Shown piece after piece: positions 20,441-30,324 of a DNA stretch of 64,000 nt. The position numbers were made by a program, and so were the translations under genes. The notes beneath the pieces are model-generated. The model ran no database searches. It had not been told where the DNA came from and saw nothing but the letters and a program-made list of their open reading frames with translations. The stretch lies in IMG/VR virus record IMGVR_UViG_2585427970_000001. One strand, written 5' to 3'. Positions within the stretch are counted from its first letter, which is position 1. Each line of letters starts with the position of its first letter. The stretch comes from a virus (lineage: Duplodnaviria > Heunggongvirae > Uroviricota > Caudoviricetes).

Positions 20441-20650
20441 TTATTGTGAGTCTAACTGGTTAGTTGCCATGAGATATTCGATTGTGTCAGTGAGGTCATC
20501 CAGGTCGTCTTGGGTGATGCGGTACTCCTGATTGGATATCTTTGAGTAGTGTTCAGCAATGGCGCGGGCAGCGTCGGTTTCGGCAGGGTCTACAGATAAA
20601 GCGTTAGAGCAATGTCTAACGTCGTCGATGGTTGGTTGAATGAAAGCCAT
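20441..20650 (-). CDS. coi: Coi (C1 inactivator)
   Basis: 69-aa acidic protein immediately upstream of c1 on the same strand, with C1 operators upstream. Confidence 0.7.
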   Translation of the reverse strand: MAFIQPTIDDVRHCSNALSVDPAETDAARAIAEHYSKISNQEYRITQDDLDDLTDTIEYLMATNQLDSQ

Positions 20651-20888
20651 AATTATGCCTCACTGTATTGACAACACAGAGCCTGAAGCTCTGACCTACT
20701 GTTTCACCCATGATCCATGCTGGGGTAATCTAACAACATTGCGCTGTGTGTAAGATGAGCAATGCATAGCTGTAATGCCGTTGTATAAGGTTTCCCTGTT
20801 TGCTCATTTCCTTCTGAGCCGCTCTACAACGCTGAAGACACATTAAATAGTGAATCCAAAGTCGTATTACGTAACGGCGGCAAAACTA

Positions 20889-20905
20889 TAATTTATTAGA
20901 GCAAT
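20889..20905 (-). promoter_or_regulatory. C1 operator (16/17), Op99-type, upstream of coi-c1
   Basis: Reverse complement reads ATTGCTCTAATAAATTA. Confidence 0.7.
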
Positions 20906-20971
20906 TGTCAAACAACTATGAAAAACAATCCAGTTTTTAGCTGGTGGAGTGGGATTTTTCTCTCAAAATTT

Positions 20972-20988
20972 ATTGCTCTAATAATTCT
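20972..20988 (+). promoter_or_regulatory. C1 operator (15/17), Op99-type
   Basis: ATTGCTCTAATAATTCT. Confidence 0.65.
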
Positions 20989-21031
20989 TGATTTTTGTGC
21001 GCGGCTGGACGTAAACTCCTCTTCGGACCTG

Positions 21032-21065
21032 ATAACTTCGTATAGCATACATTATACGAAGTTAT
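21032..21065. other. loxP: loxP site-specific recombination site (34 bp)
   Basis: Exact ATAACTTCGTATA-GCATACAT-TATACGAAGTTAT. Confidence 0.98.
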
Positions 21066-21084
21066 CTTAAGGGTTATTGAACAT

Positions 21085-21157
21085 GATCAATTTACCTGTA
21101 AATCCATACAGTTCAATACCTTACCAGGTCAAATAGTGATCACTTGATCATTTGATC
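21085..21157. promoter_or_regulatory. Cluster of four Dam GATC sites in the loxP-cre interval (cre promoter region)
   Basis: GATC at 21085, 21138, 21146 and 21154; three lie within 20 bp. Confidence 0.5.
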
Positions 21158-21483
21158 AAGGTTGCGCTACGTAAAATCTGCGAAATGTTGGCAGTGTTAG
21201 TGCTCCAGATTTCGCGTAGCGCACTTAGCACCACCAATCAATCAGAGGTGAAAAATGGGATATTCAGCTGCTAAAGTGTCCACTCATCTTGAGCTTGAGA
21301 AAAATCGTGGTTACTGGCGGGCAAAAGGGTTTGATCGTGATAGTTGTCAACTGTCATTATCGCGCGGTGAAGAAAAGATAGAACGCAGTCGCGGTCGTTG
21401 GCGTTTCTATGACGAGAACCATAAACAGGTAAAGGCAGAGCCGATCCTGTACACTTTACTTAAAACCATTATCTGAGTGTCAA

Positions 21484-22515
21484 ATGTCCAATTTACTGAC
21501 CGTACACCAAAATTTGCCTGCATTGCCGGTCGATGCAACGAGTGATGAGGTTCGCAAGAACCTGATGGACATGTTCAGGGATCGCCAGGCGTTTTCTGAG
21601 CATACCTGGAAAATGCTTCTGTCCGTTTGCCGGTCATGGGCGGCATGGTGCAAGTTGAATAACCGGAAATGGTTTCCCGCAGAACCTGAAGATGTTCGCG
21701 ATTATCTTCTATATCTTCAGGCGCGCGGTCTGGCAGTAAAAACTATCCAGCAACATTTGGGCCAGCTAAACATGCTTCATCGTCGGTCCGGGCTGCCGCG
21801 ACCAAGTGACAGCAATGCTGTTTCACTGGTTATGCGGCGGATCCGAAAAGAAAACGTTGATGCCGGTGAACGTGCAAAACAGGCACTAGCGTTCGAACGC
21901 ACTGATTTCGACCAGGTTCGTTCACTCATGGAAAATAGCGATCGCTGCCAGGATATACGTAATCTGGCATTTCTGGGGATTGCTTATAACACCCTGTTAC
22001 GTATAGCCGAAATTGCCAGGATCAGGGTTAAAGATATCTCACGTACTGACGGTGGGAGAATGTTAATCCATATTGGCAGAACGAAAACGCTGGTTAGCAC
22101 CGCAGGTGTAGAGAAGGCACTTAGCCTGGGGGTAACTAAACTGGTCGAGCGATGGATTTCTGTCTCTGGTGTGGCTGATGATCCGAATAACTACTTGTTT
22201 TGCCGGGTCAGAAAAAATGGTGTTGCCTCGCCATCACCCACCAGCCAGCTATCAACTCGCGCCCTGGAAGGGATTTTTGAAGCAACTCACCGATTGATTT
22301 ACGGGGCTAAGGATGACTCTGGCCAGAGGTACCTGGCCTGGTCTGGACACAGTGCCCGTGTCGGAGCCGCGCGAGATATGGCCCGTGCCGGAGTTTCAAT
22401 ACCGGAGATCATGCAAGCTGGTGGCTGGACCAACGTAAATATTGTCATGAACTATATCCGTAACCTGGATAGTGAAACAGGGGCAATGGTGCGCCTGCTG
22501 GAAGATGGCGATTAG
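21484..22515 (+). CDS. cre: Cre tyrosine recombinase
   Basis: 343 aa, MSNLLTVHQNLPALPVDATSDEVRKNLMDMFRDRQAFSEHTWKMLLSVCRSWAAWCKLNNRKWFPAEPEDVRDYLLYLQARGLAVKTIQQHLGQLNMLHRRSGLPRPSDSNAVSLVMRRIRKENVDAGERAKQALAFERTDFDQVRSLMENSDRCQDIRNLAFLGIAYNTLLRIAEIARIRVKDISRTDGGRMLIHIGRTKTLVSTAGVEKALSLGVTKLVERWISVSGVADDPNNYLFCRVRKNGVASPSPTSQLSTRALEGIFEATHRLIYGAKDDSGQRYLAWSGHSARVGAARDMARAGVSIPEIMQAGGWTNVNIVMNYIRNLDSETGAMVRLLEDGD matches Cre as remembered over the whole length apart from the short ...GVASPSPTSQ... stretch (remembered as ...GVAAPSATSQ...). Confidence 0.98.
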   Translation: MSNLLTVHQNLPALPVDATSDEVRKNLMDMFRDRQAFSEHTWKMLLSVCRSWAAWCKLNNRKWFPAEPEDVRDYLLYLQARGLAVKTIQQHLGQLNMLHRRSGLPRPSDSNAVSLVMRRIRKENVDAGERAKQALAFERTDFDQVRSLMENSDRCQDIRNLAFLGIAYNTLLRIAEIARIRVKDISRTDGGRMLIHIGRTKTLVSTAGVEKALSLGVTKLVERWISVSGVADDPNNYLFCRVRKNGVASPSPTSQLSTRALEGIFEATHRLIYGAKDDSGQRYLAWSGHSARVGAARDMARAGVSIPEIMQAGGWTNVNIVMNYIRNLDSETGAMVRLLEDGD

Positions 22516-22532
22516 CCATTAACGCGTAAATG

Positions 22533-22549
22533 ATTGCTCTAATTCTTTG
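22533..22549 (+). promoter_or_regulatory. C1 operator-like site (13/17) between cre and cra
   Basis: ATTGCTCTAATTCTTTG. Confidence 0.4.
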
Positions 22550-22565
22550 ATATTTATGGTGACAT

Positions 22566-22877
22566 ATGAGAAAGGATTTCAACATCGACGGAAAATATGT
22601 AGTGCTGTCTGTAAGCACTAATATTCAGTCGCCAGCCGTCATTGTCACTGTAAAGCTGAGCGATAGAATGCCTGATATTGATTCAATATCCGTTGCGTTC
22701 CCTGTCAAAAGTATGCGTGGTGCTGAACATTTCGTGATGAATGCCACCGAGGAAGAAGCACGGCGCGGTTTTGCTAAAGTGATGTCTGAGTTTGGCGAAT
22801 TTTTGGGGCACGTTGACAAAGCCCTCTCAATCAGTTCAGCAAGGTCCAAAGCGTTAACAGCTTCCATGATGAAATAA
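22566..22877 (+). CDS. Cra-like protein (cre-associated, function unknown)
   Basis: 103-aa ORF in the P1 position between cre and ref; named by synteny only. Confidence 0.45.
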   Translation: MRKDFNIDGKYVVLSVSTNIQSPAVIVTVKLSDRMPDIDSISVAFPVKSMRGAEHFVMNATEEEARRGFAKVMSEFGEFLGHVDKALSISSARSKALTASMMK

Positions 22878-23008
22878 AAAAAAGCCTGGCAAGGAGCCAG
22901 GCTGCACAAAAGAGCGGGTTTGTATTCCGCATCCAATCAATCAAGAAGGAGTATAGCACACAGGTACTGAAGTGAAAAAATGTGATTCGCGATAAATAAA
23001 CAACTTTA

Positions 23009-23025
23009 ATTGCTCTAATTGGTTG
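23009..23025 (+). promoter_or_regulatory. C1 operator-like site (13/17) upstream of ref
   Basis: ATTGCTCTAATTGGTTG; ref is C1-controlled in P1. Confidence 0.5.
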
Positions 23026-23124
23026 CTATAATTGAGTCGCAGTTTTTGCCAACTACGAAGACGTTGCCATTACTTCACTCCTTGACATCATAGGCGGCCA
23101 TTAGGCCGCCTTTTTTTTGACCAT

Positions 23125-23685
23125 ATGAAAACAATCGAACAAAAAATTGAACAGTGCCGCAAGTGGCAGAAGGCAGCCAGAGAACGAGCGATCGCTCGGC
23201 AACGGGAGAAGTTGGCTGATCCGGTCTGGCGAGAATCTCAATATCAGAAAATGCGGGATACTATCGACCGCCGTATCGCTAAACAGAAAGAGCGCCCACC
23301 AGCCAGCAAAACGCGGAAAAGCGCGGTAAAAATAAAATCTCGTGGCTTGAAGGGGAGAACACCAACGGCGGAGGAACGGCGCATCGCCAATGCTCTTGGC
23401 ACTCTCCCCTGCATTGCCTGCTATATGCATGGAGTAATATCTAATGAGGTGTCTCTGCACCATATCGCCGGTCGTACCGCGCCGGGTTGTCATAAAAAGC
23501 AATTGCCACTTTGTAGATGGCACCACCAGCATGCAGCACCGGCTGAAGTAAGAGCAAAATACCCCTGGCTGGTCCCTGTTCATGCCGATGGTGTGGTTGG
23601 AGGCAAGAAAGAATTCACCCTGCTGAACAAGTCAGAGATGGAGTTACTGGCTGACGCCTATGAGATGGCAAACATCATGCACTAA
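23125..23685 (+). CDS. ref: Ref (recombination enhancement function; HNH-type endonuclease)
   Basis: 186 aa; basic N-terminus, C-terminal Cys/His cluster (CIACYMHG...HHIAGR...CRWHHQH). Confidence 0.8.
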   Translation: MKTIEQKIEQCRKWQKAARERAIARQREKLADPVWRESQYQKMRDTIDRRIAKQKERPPASKTRKSAVKIKSRGLKGRTPTAEERRIANALGTLPCIACYMHGVISNEVSLHHIAGRTAPGCHKKQLPLCRWHHQHAAPAEVRAKYPWLVPVHADGVVGGKKEFTLLNKSEMELLADAYEMANIMH

Positions 23686-23723
23686 TAAATATATTATTTT
23701 TAATGATAAATGATTGACAACTG

Positions 23724-23733
23724 ACAAGTGACT
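23724..23733 (+). promoter_or_regulatory. Conserved ACAAGTGACT motif (candidate late-promoter element) upstream of mat
   Basis: Identical 10-mer also at 37105-37114 upstream of prt; 9/10 (ACATGTGACT) at 13724-13733 upstream of pacA. Confidence 0.3.
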
Positions 23734-23874
23734 TCAGTCAGAATCATCACACGCCCGGTACGGATGGATCCCTTTTCAAATATTCCATGGACGGCACAGT
23801 CTGAGTACCGGGCGCTACCTTCAGTTGTATTGCTAAGCCGCCGCTGGTGGCTTTTCTTTTTTGTAGGGGGCGCT

Positions 23875-24516
23875 ATGGATAAGAAAATATGCGTTGTTTC
23901 GATGAGCGTCGGCAAACCGGCGTCAATGACTGCTGCATGGATCAATAACGAGCTGATAATGGCTGAGCGGACCAGCTACCCTGAACGCCGCCGCGATATG
24001 GAACTCCAGCTGCTGCGCGAATTGCGAGAAAAAGAGGAAAAGGGTTTTATCGTGCTGGTGGAAGAGGAAAACAGCTTTATTACTGGTCGAGTTGGCCAGC
24101 GTGTAAGGTTGCGCGATCCCTTCATGAACGGCAGGCCGGTACTAATTGAGGCAATGCAGATTTATAAGGAGCTGGAACGCCAGAAAGCAATCAAGTTACC
24201 GCGCAAGGAATCCGGCAAATACATCCTCCACCAAAGCATCTTCGATTCCGAACACGATAAAAAAGGCGATGAATTTTTCAACATCAACTGGAGCGAAATA
24301 ACGACAGAGCATGTTCTGACGTTACTATGTTGCTTTGCGACGGAATACAACAACGTTGCCAGCGCCGACTACATCAGGGCAATGGCTGGAGAAGTTGAGG
24401 CACACCAGGAACCATCGTTACTAAGCCCTCTCATTAACATAATTCGGGGCACACAGAGACTTGCAGAAAAAAGAGTTCCTCATGGAATCTTAACTGGAGA
24501 GGGGAACTATTTTTAA
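23875..24516 (+). CDS. mat: Mat-like particle maturation protein (start chosen at the SD-preceded ATG; ORF opens at 23728)
   Basis: ORF in the P1 position between ref and res; SD AGGGGG precedes the ATG at 23875. Confidence 0.5.
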   Translation: MDKKICVVSMSVGKPASMTAAWINNELIMAERTSYPERRRDMELQLLRELREKEEKGFIVLVEEENSFITGRVGQRVRLRDPFMNGRPVLIEAMQIYKELERQKAIKLPRKESGKYILHQSIFDSEHDKKGDEFFNINWSEITTEHVLTLLCCFATEYNNVASADYIRAMAGEVEAHQEPSLLSPLINIIRGTQRLAEKRVPHGILTGEGNYF

Positions 24517-24555
24517 CGGCCTAAACGCCACTTCTTTCAGGTCGTGTAGGATGTC

Positions 24556-24582
24556 AAAAAAGGAGGTTTTCACCTCCTTTTA
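24556..24582. terminator. Bidirectional terminator hairpin between mat and res
   Basis: AAAAAGGAGG-TTTTCA-CCTCCTTTT. Confidence 0.6.
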
Positions 24583-24590
24583 AACTAGCA

Positions 24591-27503
24591 TTATGGTAAT
24601 GCGCTCTTGATTAACTGATAAATATCATCATTAGCAAACTGCGTTCTGAATTCAACTTTAACAGACTGACTTATTTGATTGAAAAGCGCTTGGGCATGTT
24701 CAATTTTCCGTTTTTCTTCAAGCCGTAAACTATCCTTACTATCTACGTTTTTTGTTTCAATGATAAAATTAAGATAATCACCTTCCGCTGTTTTTACAAC
24801 ATAAGCAAAATCGGGTGAGTAAGTGTATCCACCAGCTACCGGGATCTTAATAGAATTCTTCGGTATCTTTGAAAAAACAACAACAGACTGGATCTCTCTA
24901 TCTGTTATATTACGCCTTTCAAGCTCTGAATCATAAAAAACTTCTTCAAAAAGATAAGTATCTAATGGTGCTTTTGCATTATCCTGCAATACACCAAGAT
25001 CACTTGATAATACCTCGCCTAGAGGATTACCATCAGCATTTGTGAACTTTGTAGGATGAATTGAACCCGAAATCAAATTATATCCGAGGCTGAATTTATT
25101 AAACGAATTGTTCAACAAATACTTACTAAAACCAGATTTAATTTTTCTGATTGTTTGAATATTAAGGTATTCAGTGATATTAATAGTGTCTTTTATATCA
25201 CAAAAAACTTTATGTAAAGTACCGTGTTTAACAAAAATAGTCTGTGATAAGTTATCGAGAAACTCTCGATAGCTCATTGTGTTCAGCTTAGCAAAGTCAT
25301 CGTCATCACTGACAATGCTTTTCGACATTGCCATATCATTGTGGATGTAAATTTTATCAATGCGAGTATGAACGCCTGATTTGGTAAATCGTTCTGTTTC
25401 TTCGAGCATGAATGACTTGAAAATGGATAAAAATTCACTTTCACTGTTTATTTTGTACTCAATCACCGCTTTTTGATTGATCAAATCCCATAGTTCTTTC
25501 AGCTCACTGAACTTACCAACACGCATTTTAGTGCGTCTTTTTCCATCAGTAGCTTTTTTGATTTTACCAGGTTTCACTCCTATAGGGAATGCTGCTGGAT
25601 ATTTGGATTTTAAGCGGCTATAGGCATCTGAATCTTTGAAATTATCATTGTCATCAATGATTTCATCATTGAAAAGTTCATTCATTAGTGCTCTGGATGA
25701 AAGCTCAGGATACTGAGCCATGATTTGTTCCTTAAGCTCTTGAGTAAACTTACTTGGAACCCTTTCTTTGAAAGAACTCTCGTTGACCTCTTTAACAAGT
25801 GAGTCAACAAAATCCTTTTCTGTAAAATCAACATAATATTTAAGGGTAAAATTGCGGTCTTTCACTCGACACATGTATTCATTCACAGGAAGACGCAAAC
25901 CGCGCCCTACCTCTTGAAGCTTAGATGTGGTACTACCGCTCGAACGGAGCTTACAGATCTGAAAAACATTAGGATTATCCCACCCCTCACGCAACGTCCA
26001 TTTTGAGAAAATAAACCGACGGGGATTATCTAAAGACAGCAAAAGCTCTTTGTCATGAAGGATTTCGTTGATTTCCTGCTCGATTTTATCATCCTTATCA
26101 CTGTTATCTTTTGAGAAATAACCACCATGAACGGAAGATATATTTGTGACTGTTTTTTCAAGATAGTTTTTATAAAACGCATCTTGCTCTGTTTTTAACA
26201 GTTCATTAGCTTCTGCCAGAACGTATTCTTCGAATTTGGTCTTCAGGCTTCCGGAAATATCATTACCGTCACGATAGCCTTCAATATCGTCAATAAAGAA
26301 AAGAGTAAGAGGCTTTATGCGTGGCCTTTGTGTCAGAAGTTCTTTTTCTAACTTAAAGTGTTCTTTGACAGCCTTACGCATCATGTTATCAGCGAGTGTC
26401 TGATCGTAAGAATAGGGATTTATTGAGCTACCAATCTTCAACTCAATACCATTACTCAACACTGCTGTGCTCTTGTTTAAAGCATCAAGAGTTAAATCAT
26501 GGATCGCACTATGCGTCTTAGACAGTGATTCACCTTTAGCTAACTTAAACGATTTTTTGTTGTTGTTTTCATTCAGTTCAAATGTAGCTTCCTTTCCGTC
26601 AGATTTGACGAATTTGAGGTTTGCGTTACCATCGCCGACTATATCCTCAATATATGCATCAATACCTTTAACGAGATCATCGTTAAATGCGTCCACGGCT
26701 GTAAGACGATAAACCAGGTTCTTATAGCCTTCGCTAAAGGTTGCGCCATAGCGGATAATATATTGTGCGTTAAATTTCTCTATGTTTTCCCATGTTTTTT
26801 TACCAGTAGGAAATCTATGTGGTTCGTCAATGATGATAAATGGTTTTACAGCTCTGAGCGCGTCAACTGGAGTATTAAACTGATTATCAAGCAAGCCAGT
26901 ATCGTAAGTATCCGTTAAAGACTTAGAGTTGATCATTCCTGAGTTAATAACAAGAACGTGTATATATTTTTTATTGAAGTTACTTGCTTCAACAAAATCA
27001 TGTATAGCCTGAGGCATATACGATTTTGTATTTTTGCCAGCGTTTTTCTGACTTTCAACAACGTAAGTTCTCAGCTCACGCTTGTAATCATCCCGGAAGT
27101 GTTCTTTTAAAGCATCACTTTTTAAAAAGTTAACGGTTCCGGCCTTGATAGATAGAGTCGGAACAATGATGATAAACTTGTTAATACCAAATGATTTATT
27201 CAGGTCAAAAATAGTTTTGATATAGGTGTACGTCTTGCCTGTACCTGTCTCCATAGAAACATCAATGATGTTGCTTTTAGCATTGTGATTATCTTTTGAG
27301 TGCGCAATACCATTGAACGCCTGAACATTTTTTATATTGTTGTAGTATTGTTGTTCAGACAGCTTCAGTTCAGGATTAGCTAAAAGGCGAACAGCAACAT
27401 TATCCGTCAGGTGAGGTGTTGCGGAAACAAAAACATTCATCACCGCATCGACTCCTGCTTTCTGATGCGGCAAGTTCTTTTCGAGAGTGAACCCTTTTGA
27501 CAT
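24591..27503 (-). CDS. res: Type III restriction endonuclease, Res subunit (helicase-nuclease)
   Basis: 970 aa; Walker A-like ETGTGKTYT and DEPH box (IIIDEPHRF); start overlaps the mod stop. Confidence 0.9.
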   Translation of the reverse strand: MSKGFTLEKNLPHQKAGVDAVMNVFVSATPHLTDNVAVRLLANPELKLSEQQYYNNIKNVQAFNGIAHSKDNHNAKSNIIDVSMETGTGKTYTYIKTIFDLNKSFGINKFIIIVPTLSIKAGTVNFLKSDALKEHFRDDYKRELRTYVVESQKNAGKNTKSYMPQAIHDFVEASNFNKKYIHVLVINSGMINSKSLTDTYDTGLLDNQFNTPVDALRAVKPFIIIDEPHRFPTGKKTWENIEKFNAQYIIRYGATFSEGYKNLVYRLTAVDAFNDDLVKGIDAYIEDIVGDGNANLKFVKSDGKEATFELNENNNKKSFKLAKGESLSKTHSAIHDLTLDALNKSTAVLSNGIELKIGSSINPYSYDQTLADNMMRKAVKEHFKLEKELLTQRPRIKPLTLFFIDDIEGYRDGNDISGSLKTKFEEYVLAEANELLKTEQDAFYKNYLEKTVTNISSVHGGYFSKDNSDKDDKIEQEINEILHDKELLLSLDNPRRFIFSKWTLREGWDNPNVFQICKLRSSGSTTSKLQEVGRGLRLPVNEYMCRVKDRNFTLKYYVDFTEKDFVDSLVKEVNESSFKERVPSKFTQELKEQIMAQYPELSSRALMNELFNDEIIDDNDNFKDSDAYSRLKSKYPAAFPIGVKPGKIKKATDGKRRTKMRVGKFSELKELWDLINQKAVIEYKINSESEFLSIFKSFMLEETERFTKSGVHTRIDKIYIHNDMAMSKSIVSDDDDFAKLNTMSYREFLDNLSQTIFVKHGTLHKVFCDIKDTINITEYLNIQTIRKIKSGFSKYLLNNSFNKFSLGYNLISGSIHPTKFTNADGNPLGEVLSSDLGVLQDNAKAPLDTYLFEEVFYDSELERRNITDREIQSVVVFSKIPKNSIKIPVAGGYTYSPDFAYVVKTAEGDYLNFIIETKNVDSKDSLRLEEKRKIEHAQALFNQISQSVKVEFRTQFANDDIYQLIKSALP

Positions 27504-27505
27504 GA

Positions 27506-29461
27506 TTAGTTCCTCACCACCAAATCTAACTCAATAGATTTTTTATTAGCATAACTTTTTAGTGCTTCATTGAGTTCCATTTGCTTTGCGCTTTCAAAGT
27601 TGCTGCCATAAAACACGACTTTGTTTGGAGCAAAGTCTTTGTCTGAATCCACCTTTTGAAGTAACGCTTTCAATGCTTCGCTAGTAAAATTAGGTGCAAT
27701 CAAATACAGACGACCATCGCACAAATGTGCTTTGTAGCCACCAAGATCAACATCTTCAATAGGTGTTGTTAGCAAACTGCCATCATACAGGCACCATGTA
27801 GTTAATAGAGTGTCATATTGTTCAGGCGTCAAGACAACATCATCAAAGAATGTATGATTAGACAGTGTAAGTTCTGATTCGTCTTTAGCGCGAAAATCTG
27901 GCATTAGTTGATATACCTTAAACCCCTGATCCCTATTTTTTTTAGACGCCCTAATTAAACGCTCCTTTGTTAAGTCAAATATTGTATTATAGCCATGCTT
28001 CATGGCATCAGATTTATCTTTTGTAGGTTCATCTAGTTGAACTGTAATAAACTGATACGACGTTTTATTTTTGTTATTCAAATTAAAAACTGTATGCGCT
28101 GTAGTTCCTGACCCAGCAAAAAAATCCAAAACAATACCCTCTCCATCACATGCAAAAGATATTAAATCTTCTACTAATTTTATAGTTTTAGCATTTGTGA
28201 ATGGTTGAGTCATTTCTGGGAACAGCTCTTTAAGTTCGTTCGTTGCAACACGCCCATCAAGATGGATAACGGAGCTTAATTTCTGTTTGTAATCCTTAGC
28301 ATAAACTTTTAGTTCTATAATTTTGTTTTCATCATCACCGAAGATGATCTTTTCTTCAGACAGAAGCCTATCCATTGTATCTAATGGAAAACGATATCCC
28401 ATAAGAGGTTGTTTGCATGGCTTCTTAGTTTTTGGATGTATAATATCATATCTGTAACCCTCTTTTCCGGGGTTGTGGACGCTCTGACTACCAGTATAGA
28501 TGCCGTCTTTGTCTATATATTTGTATCGGTCAAGAGGCCATAATTCAGTTCTGTGTTCACGAAACCACTGGGTATATTTTTCCTGAAGTTCATTGCCAGT
28601 GTATTTTGATGCAAATTCTTCACCTATGTTGACAAGTAAGTTTTTTACATCGGAGATATTAGATTTCCACTCACTTATAAGCTGCTCTTTGTTTTTTGTG
28701 TAAACAATAATATATTCATGCTCTACAGCGATATTTGAAGGGTTGTTATCAGTTGCATTTTTCCATACTAGATCCCCAACATGGTTTTGCTCACCAAAGA
28801 TCTCGTCGCAAACTAGTTTTAATTGACTGAACTCATTATGGTCAATAGAAATAAAAATAGTCCCGTCTTCTCTCATTAATTCACGAGCAATATAAAGGCG
28901 TGGGTAAATGAATGTCAGCCATGCACTATGACTGCTTGACCCCTTGGTGGTAAATTCTAATATGCGTTTAGCCTCATCGAGGTCGATGCCTGCTAGTTCA
29001 GAAAGCTGCTCAGGTGTAAATTTGCGATCATCATTATAAACGAACCCATCCTTACCTGTATTGTATGGTGGGTCAATGTAAATCATCTTCACCTTTTCAG
29101 CGTAAGCATTAACCATATGCTTCAATACTTCGAGATTATCCCCTTTGATTAACAGGTGTTGACTGTTCTTGTTCTCTTCTTGTTGGTTATGAGTTTTATC
29201 TTCTGCCAACAACGTTTTCGGTGGTAGATTGGCCAACAAACGGGCATAAGATTTACCCAGCCAGTTCAAGCTGTATGATTCTTTAGAGAGTTCAACTTCC
29301 GATGCCCTAATAATCTCAAGCAATTTTTCTTGAATGAAGGCTCCGTTTTTATCAAAACACTGAGGGAAATTAGCTTTCAACACAGCCAGTTGCTTGCTGT
29401 TAGCCGTTTCTACTTCGGAAAAAATCGTTTCTTTTTTCATATCCATTTTAAACCAGATCAT
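27506..29461 (-). CDS. mod: Type III N6-adenine DNA methyltransferase, Mod subunit
   Basis: 651-aa ORF; motif IV DPPY (...IYIDPPYN...) precedes motif I FxGxG (...DFFAGSGTT...), the beta-class order; variable central region; alternative starts 5 or 7 codons in. Confidence 0.9.
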   Translation of the reverse strand: MIWFKMDMKKETIFSEVETANSKQLAVLKANFPQCFDKNGAFIQEKLLEIIRASEVELSKESYSLNWLGKSYARLLANLPPKTLLAEDKTHNQQEENKNSQHLLIKGDNLEVLKHMVNAYAEKVKMIYIDPPYNTGKDGFVYNDDRKFTPEQLSELAGIDLDEAKRILEFTTKGSSSHSAWLTFIYPRLYIARELMREDGTIFISIDHNEFSQLKLVCDEIFGEQNHVGDLVWKNATDNNPSNIAVEHEYIIVYTKNKEQLISEWKSNISDVKNLLVNIGEEFASKYTGNELQEKYTQWFREHRTELWPLDRYKYIDKDGIYTGSQSVHNPGKEGYRYDIIHPKTKKPCKQPLMGYRFPLDTMDRLLSEEKIIFGDDENKIIELKVYAKDYKQKLSSVIHLDGRVATNELKELFPEMTQPFTNAKTIKLVEDLISFACDGEGIVLDFFAGSGTTAHTVFNLNNKNKTSYQFITVQLDEPTKDKSDAMKHGYNTIFDLTKERLIRASKKNRDQGFKVYQLMPDFRAKDESELTLSNHTFFDDVVLTPEQYDTLLTTWCLYDGSLLTTPIEDVDLGGYKAHLCDGRLYLIAPNFTSEALKALLQKVDSDKDFAPNKVVFYGSNFESAKQMELNEALKSYANKKSIELDLVVRN

Positions 29462-29605
29462 TTAGCAACAAAGCGCCGCCTCCCCAGCCCACTAGAGCCA
29501 GAAGTTGTCACACTTATACGAGGGCACTATCACTATCTATATGTTTGAATAATCGTGTTTCTTTGAGCGATGCTCGGCGAGCAAACAGCCATTATTTGGG
29601 GAAGT

Positions 29606-29854
29606 TTAATCCGCATTGAGAAGCAATGCATTATCTATGATGATCTGCTCCCATTCTTCGAATGCCCGATCGCGGACGCCCTGGGGAACGCTGTTAGTTT
29701 TGAAATCGACGACCGTACGCCATTTCCCGTCCGGACGGTACATGCGCAGAGCTTTACTTCCCCCCTCCCTGCGCACCTCAACGTTATGCTTATCAGCAAA
29801 CTCTTGTAATGCTCGTAGCGTCCCATGCTTTACTGTGTAGTATCGCTTTTTCAA
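29606..29854 (-). CDS. Lxc/Bof-like small protein (C1 co-regulator) by position
   Basis: 82-aa basic ORF downstream of darB and ulx on the same strand. Confidence 0.4.
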   Translation of the reverse strand: MKKRYYTVKHGTLRALQEFADKHNVEVRREGGSKALRMYRPDGKWRTVVDFKTNSVPQGVRDRAFEEWEQIIIDNALLLNAD

Positions 29855-30291
29855 GTTTTCTCTCCAGCCTGTGCTAAGGCTTCAACTTCCAAATCGTAAG
29901 ACTCAAACTCATAGTCCTGGTCGTCAACCTCTTCAGGTACTGGCAGTAAATGCCAGGCTGAGTATATCTGACCATTATCAAAACGCTCCTGGCTGTAGAG
30001 CGTCGCGGCTATGAGCGTCAGCGCCGGGCGGTCATAACGGTAAATTTTGCGAACGTCACGGTCAACGAGACGACCGAAATTACCATAACCGCGCTCCAGT
30101 AATAATTTTTTAATTTCCGGCCAGTATGGACCATAGCTGCGGTACAGGCGGGGATTTTTCAGTAATCGCCCGCGTAGCCCTGACAGGAAGAAATCAACGT
30201 ATTCGTCTTCTGTCTTTCCTAACAACGCTGTACGGAGTACCGCCTCAAGATATGTTTTATTCGGTTTTATTGTATCAGATAGTGTGGCCAT
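29851..30291 (-). CDS. Ulx-like protein by position
   Basis: 146-aa ORF between darB and the lxc-like gene. Confidence 0.4.
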   Translation of the reverse strand: MATLSDTIKPNKTYLEAVLRTALLGKTEDEYVDFFLSGLRGRLLKNPRLYRSYGPYWPEIKKLLLERGYGNFGRLVDRDVRKIYRYDRPALTLIAATLYSQERFDNGQIYSAWHLLPVPEEVDDQDYEFESYDLEVEALAQAGEKT

Positions 30292-30324
30292 ATTATGCGA
30301 CGCCCGGCGAACCGGGCGCTCCTG

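Noticed and set aside
21255-21476. 73-aa ORF between loxP and cre
   Set aside because: Lies in the cre promoter/GATC region and ends 7 bp before cre; no similarity I can recognise; probably a spurious ORF over the cre leader.
22625-22936. 103-aa ORF antisense to cra, ending beside a hairpin at 22888-22912
   Set aside because: Fully antisense to a better-placed ORF; hairpin orientation ambiguous; not callable.
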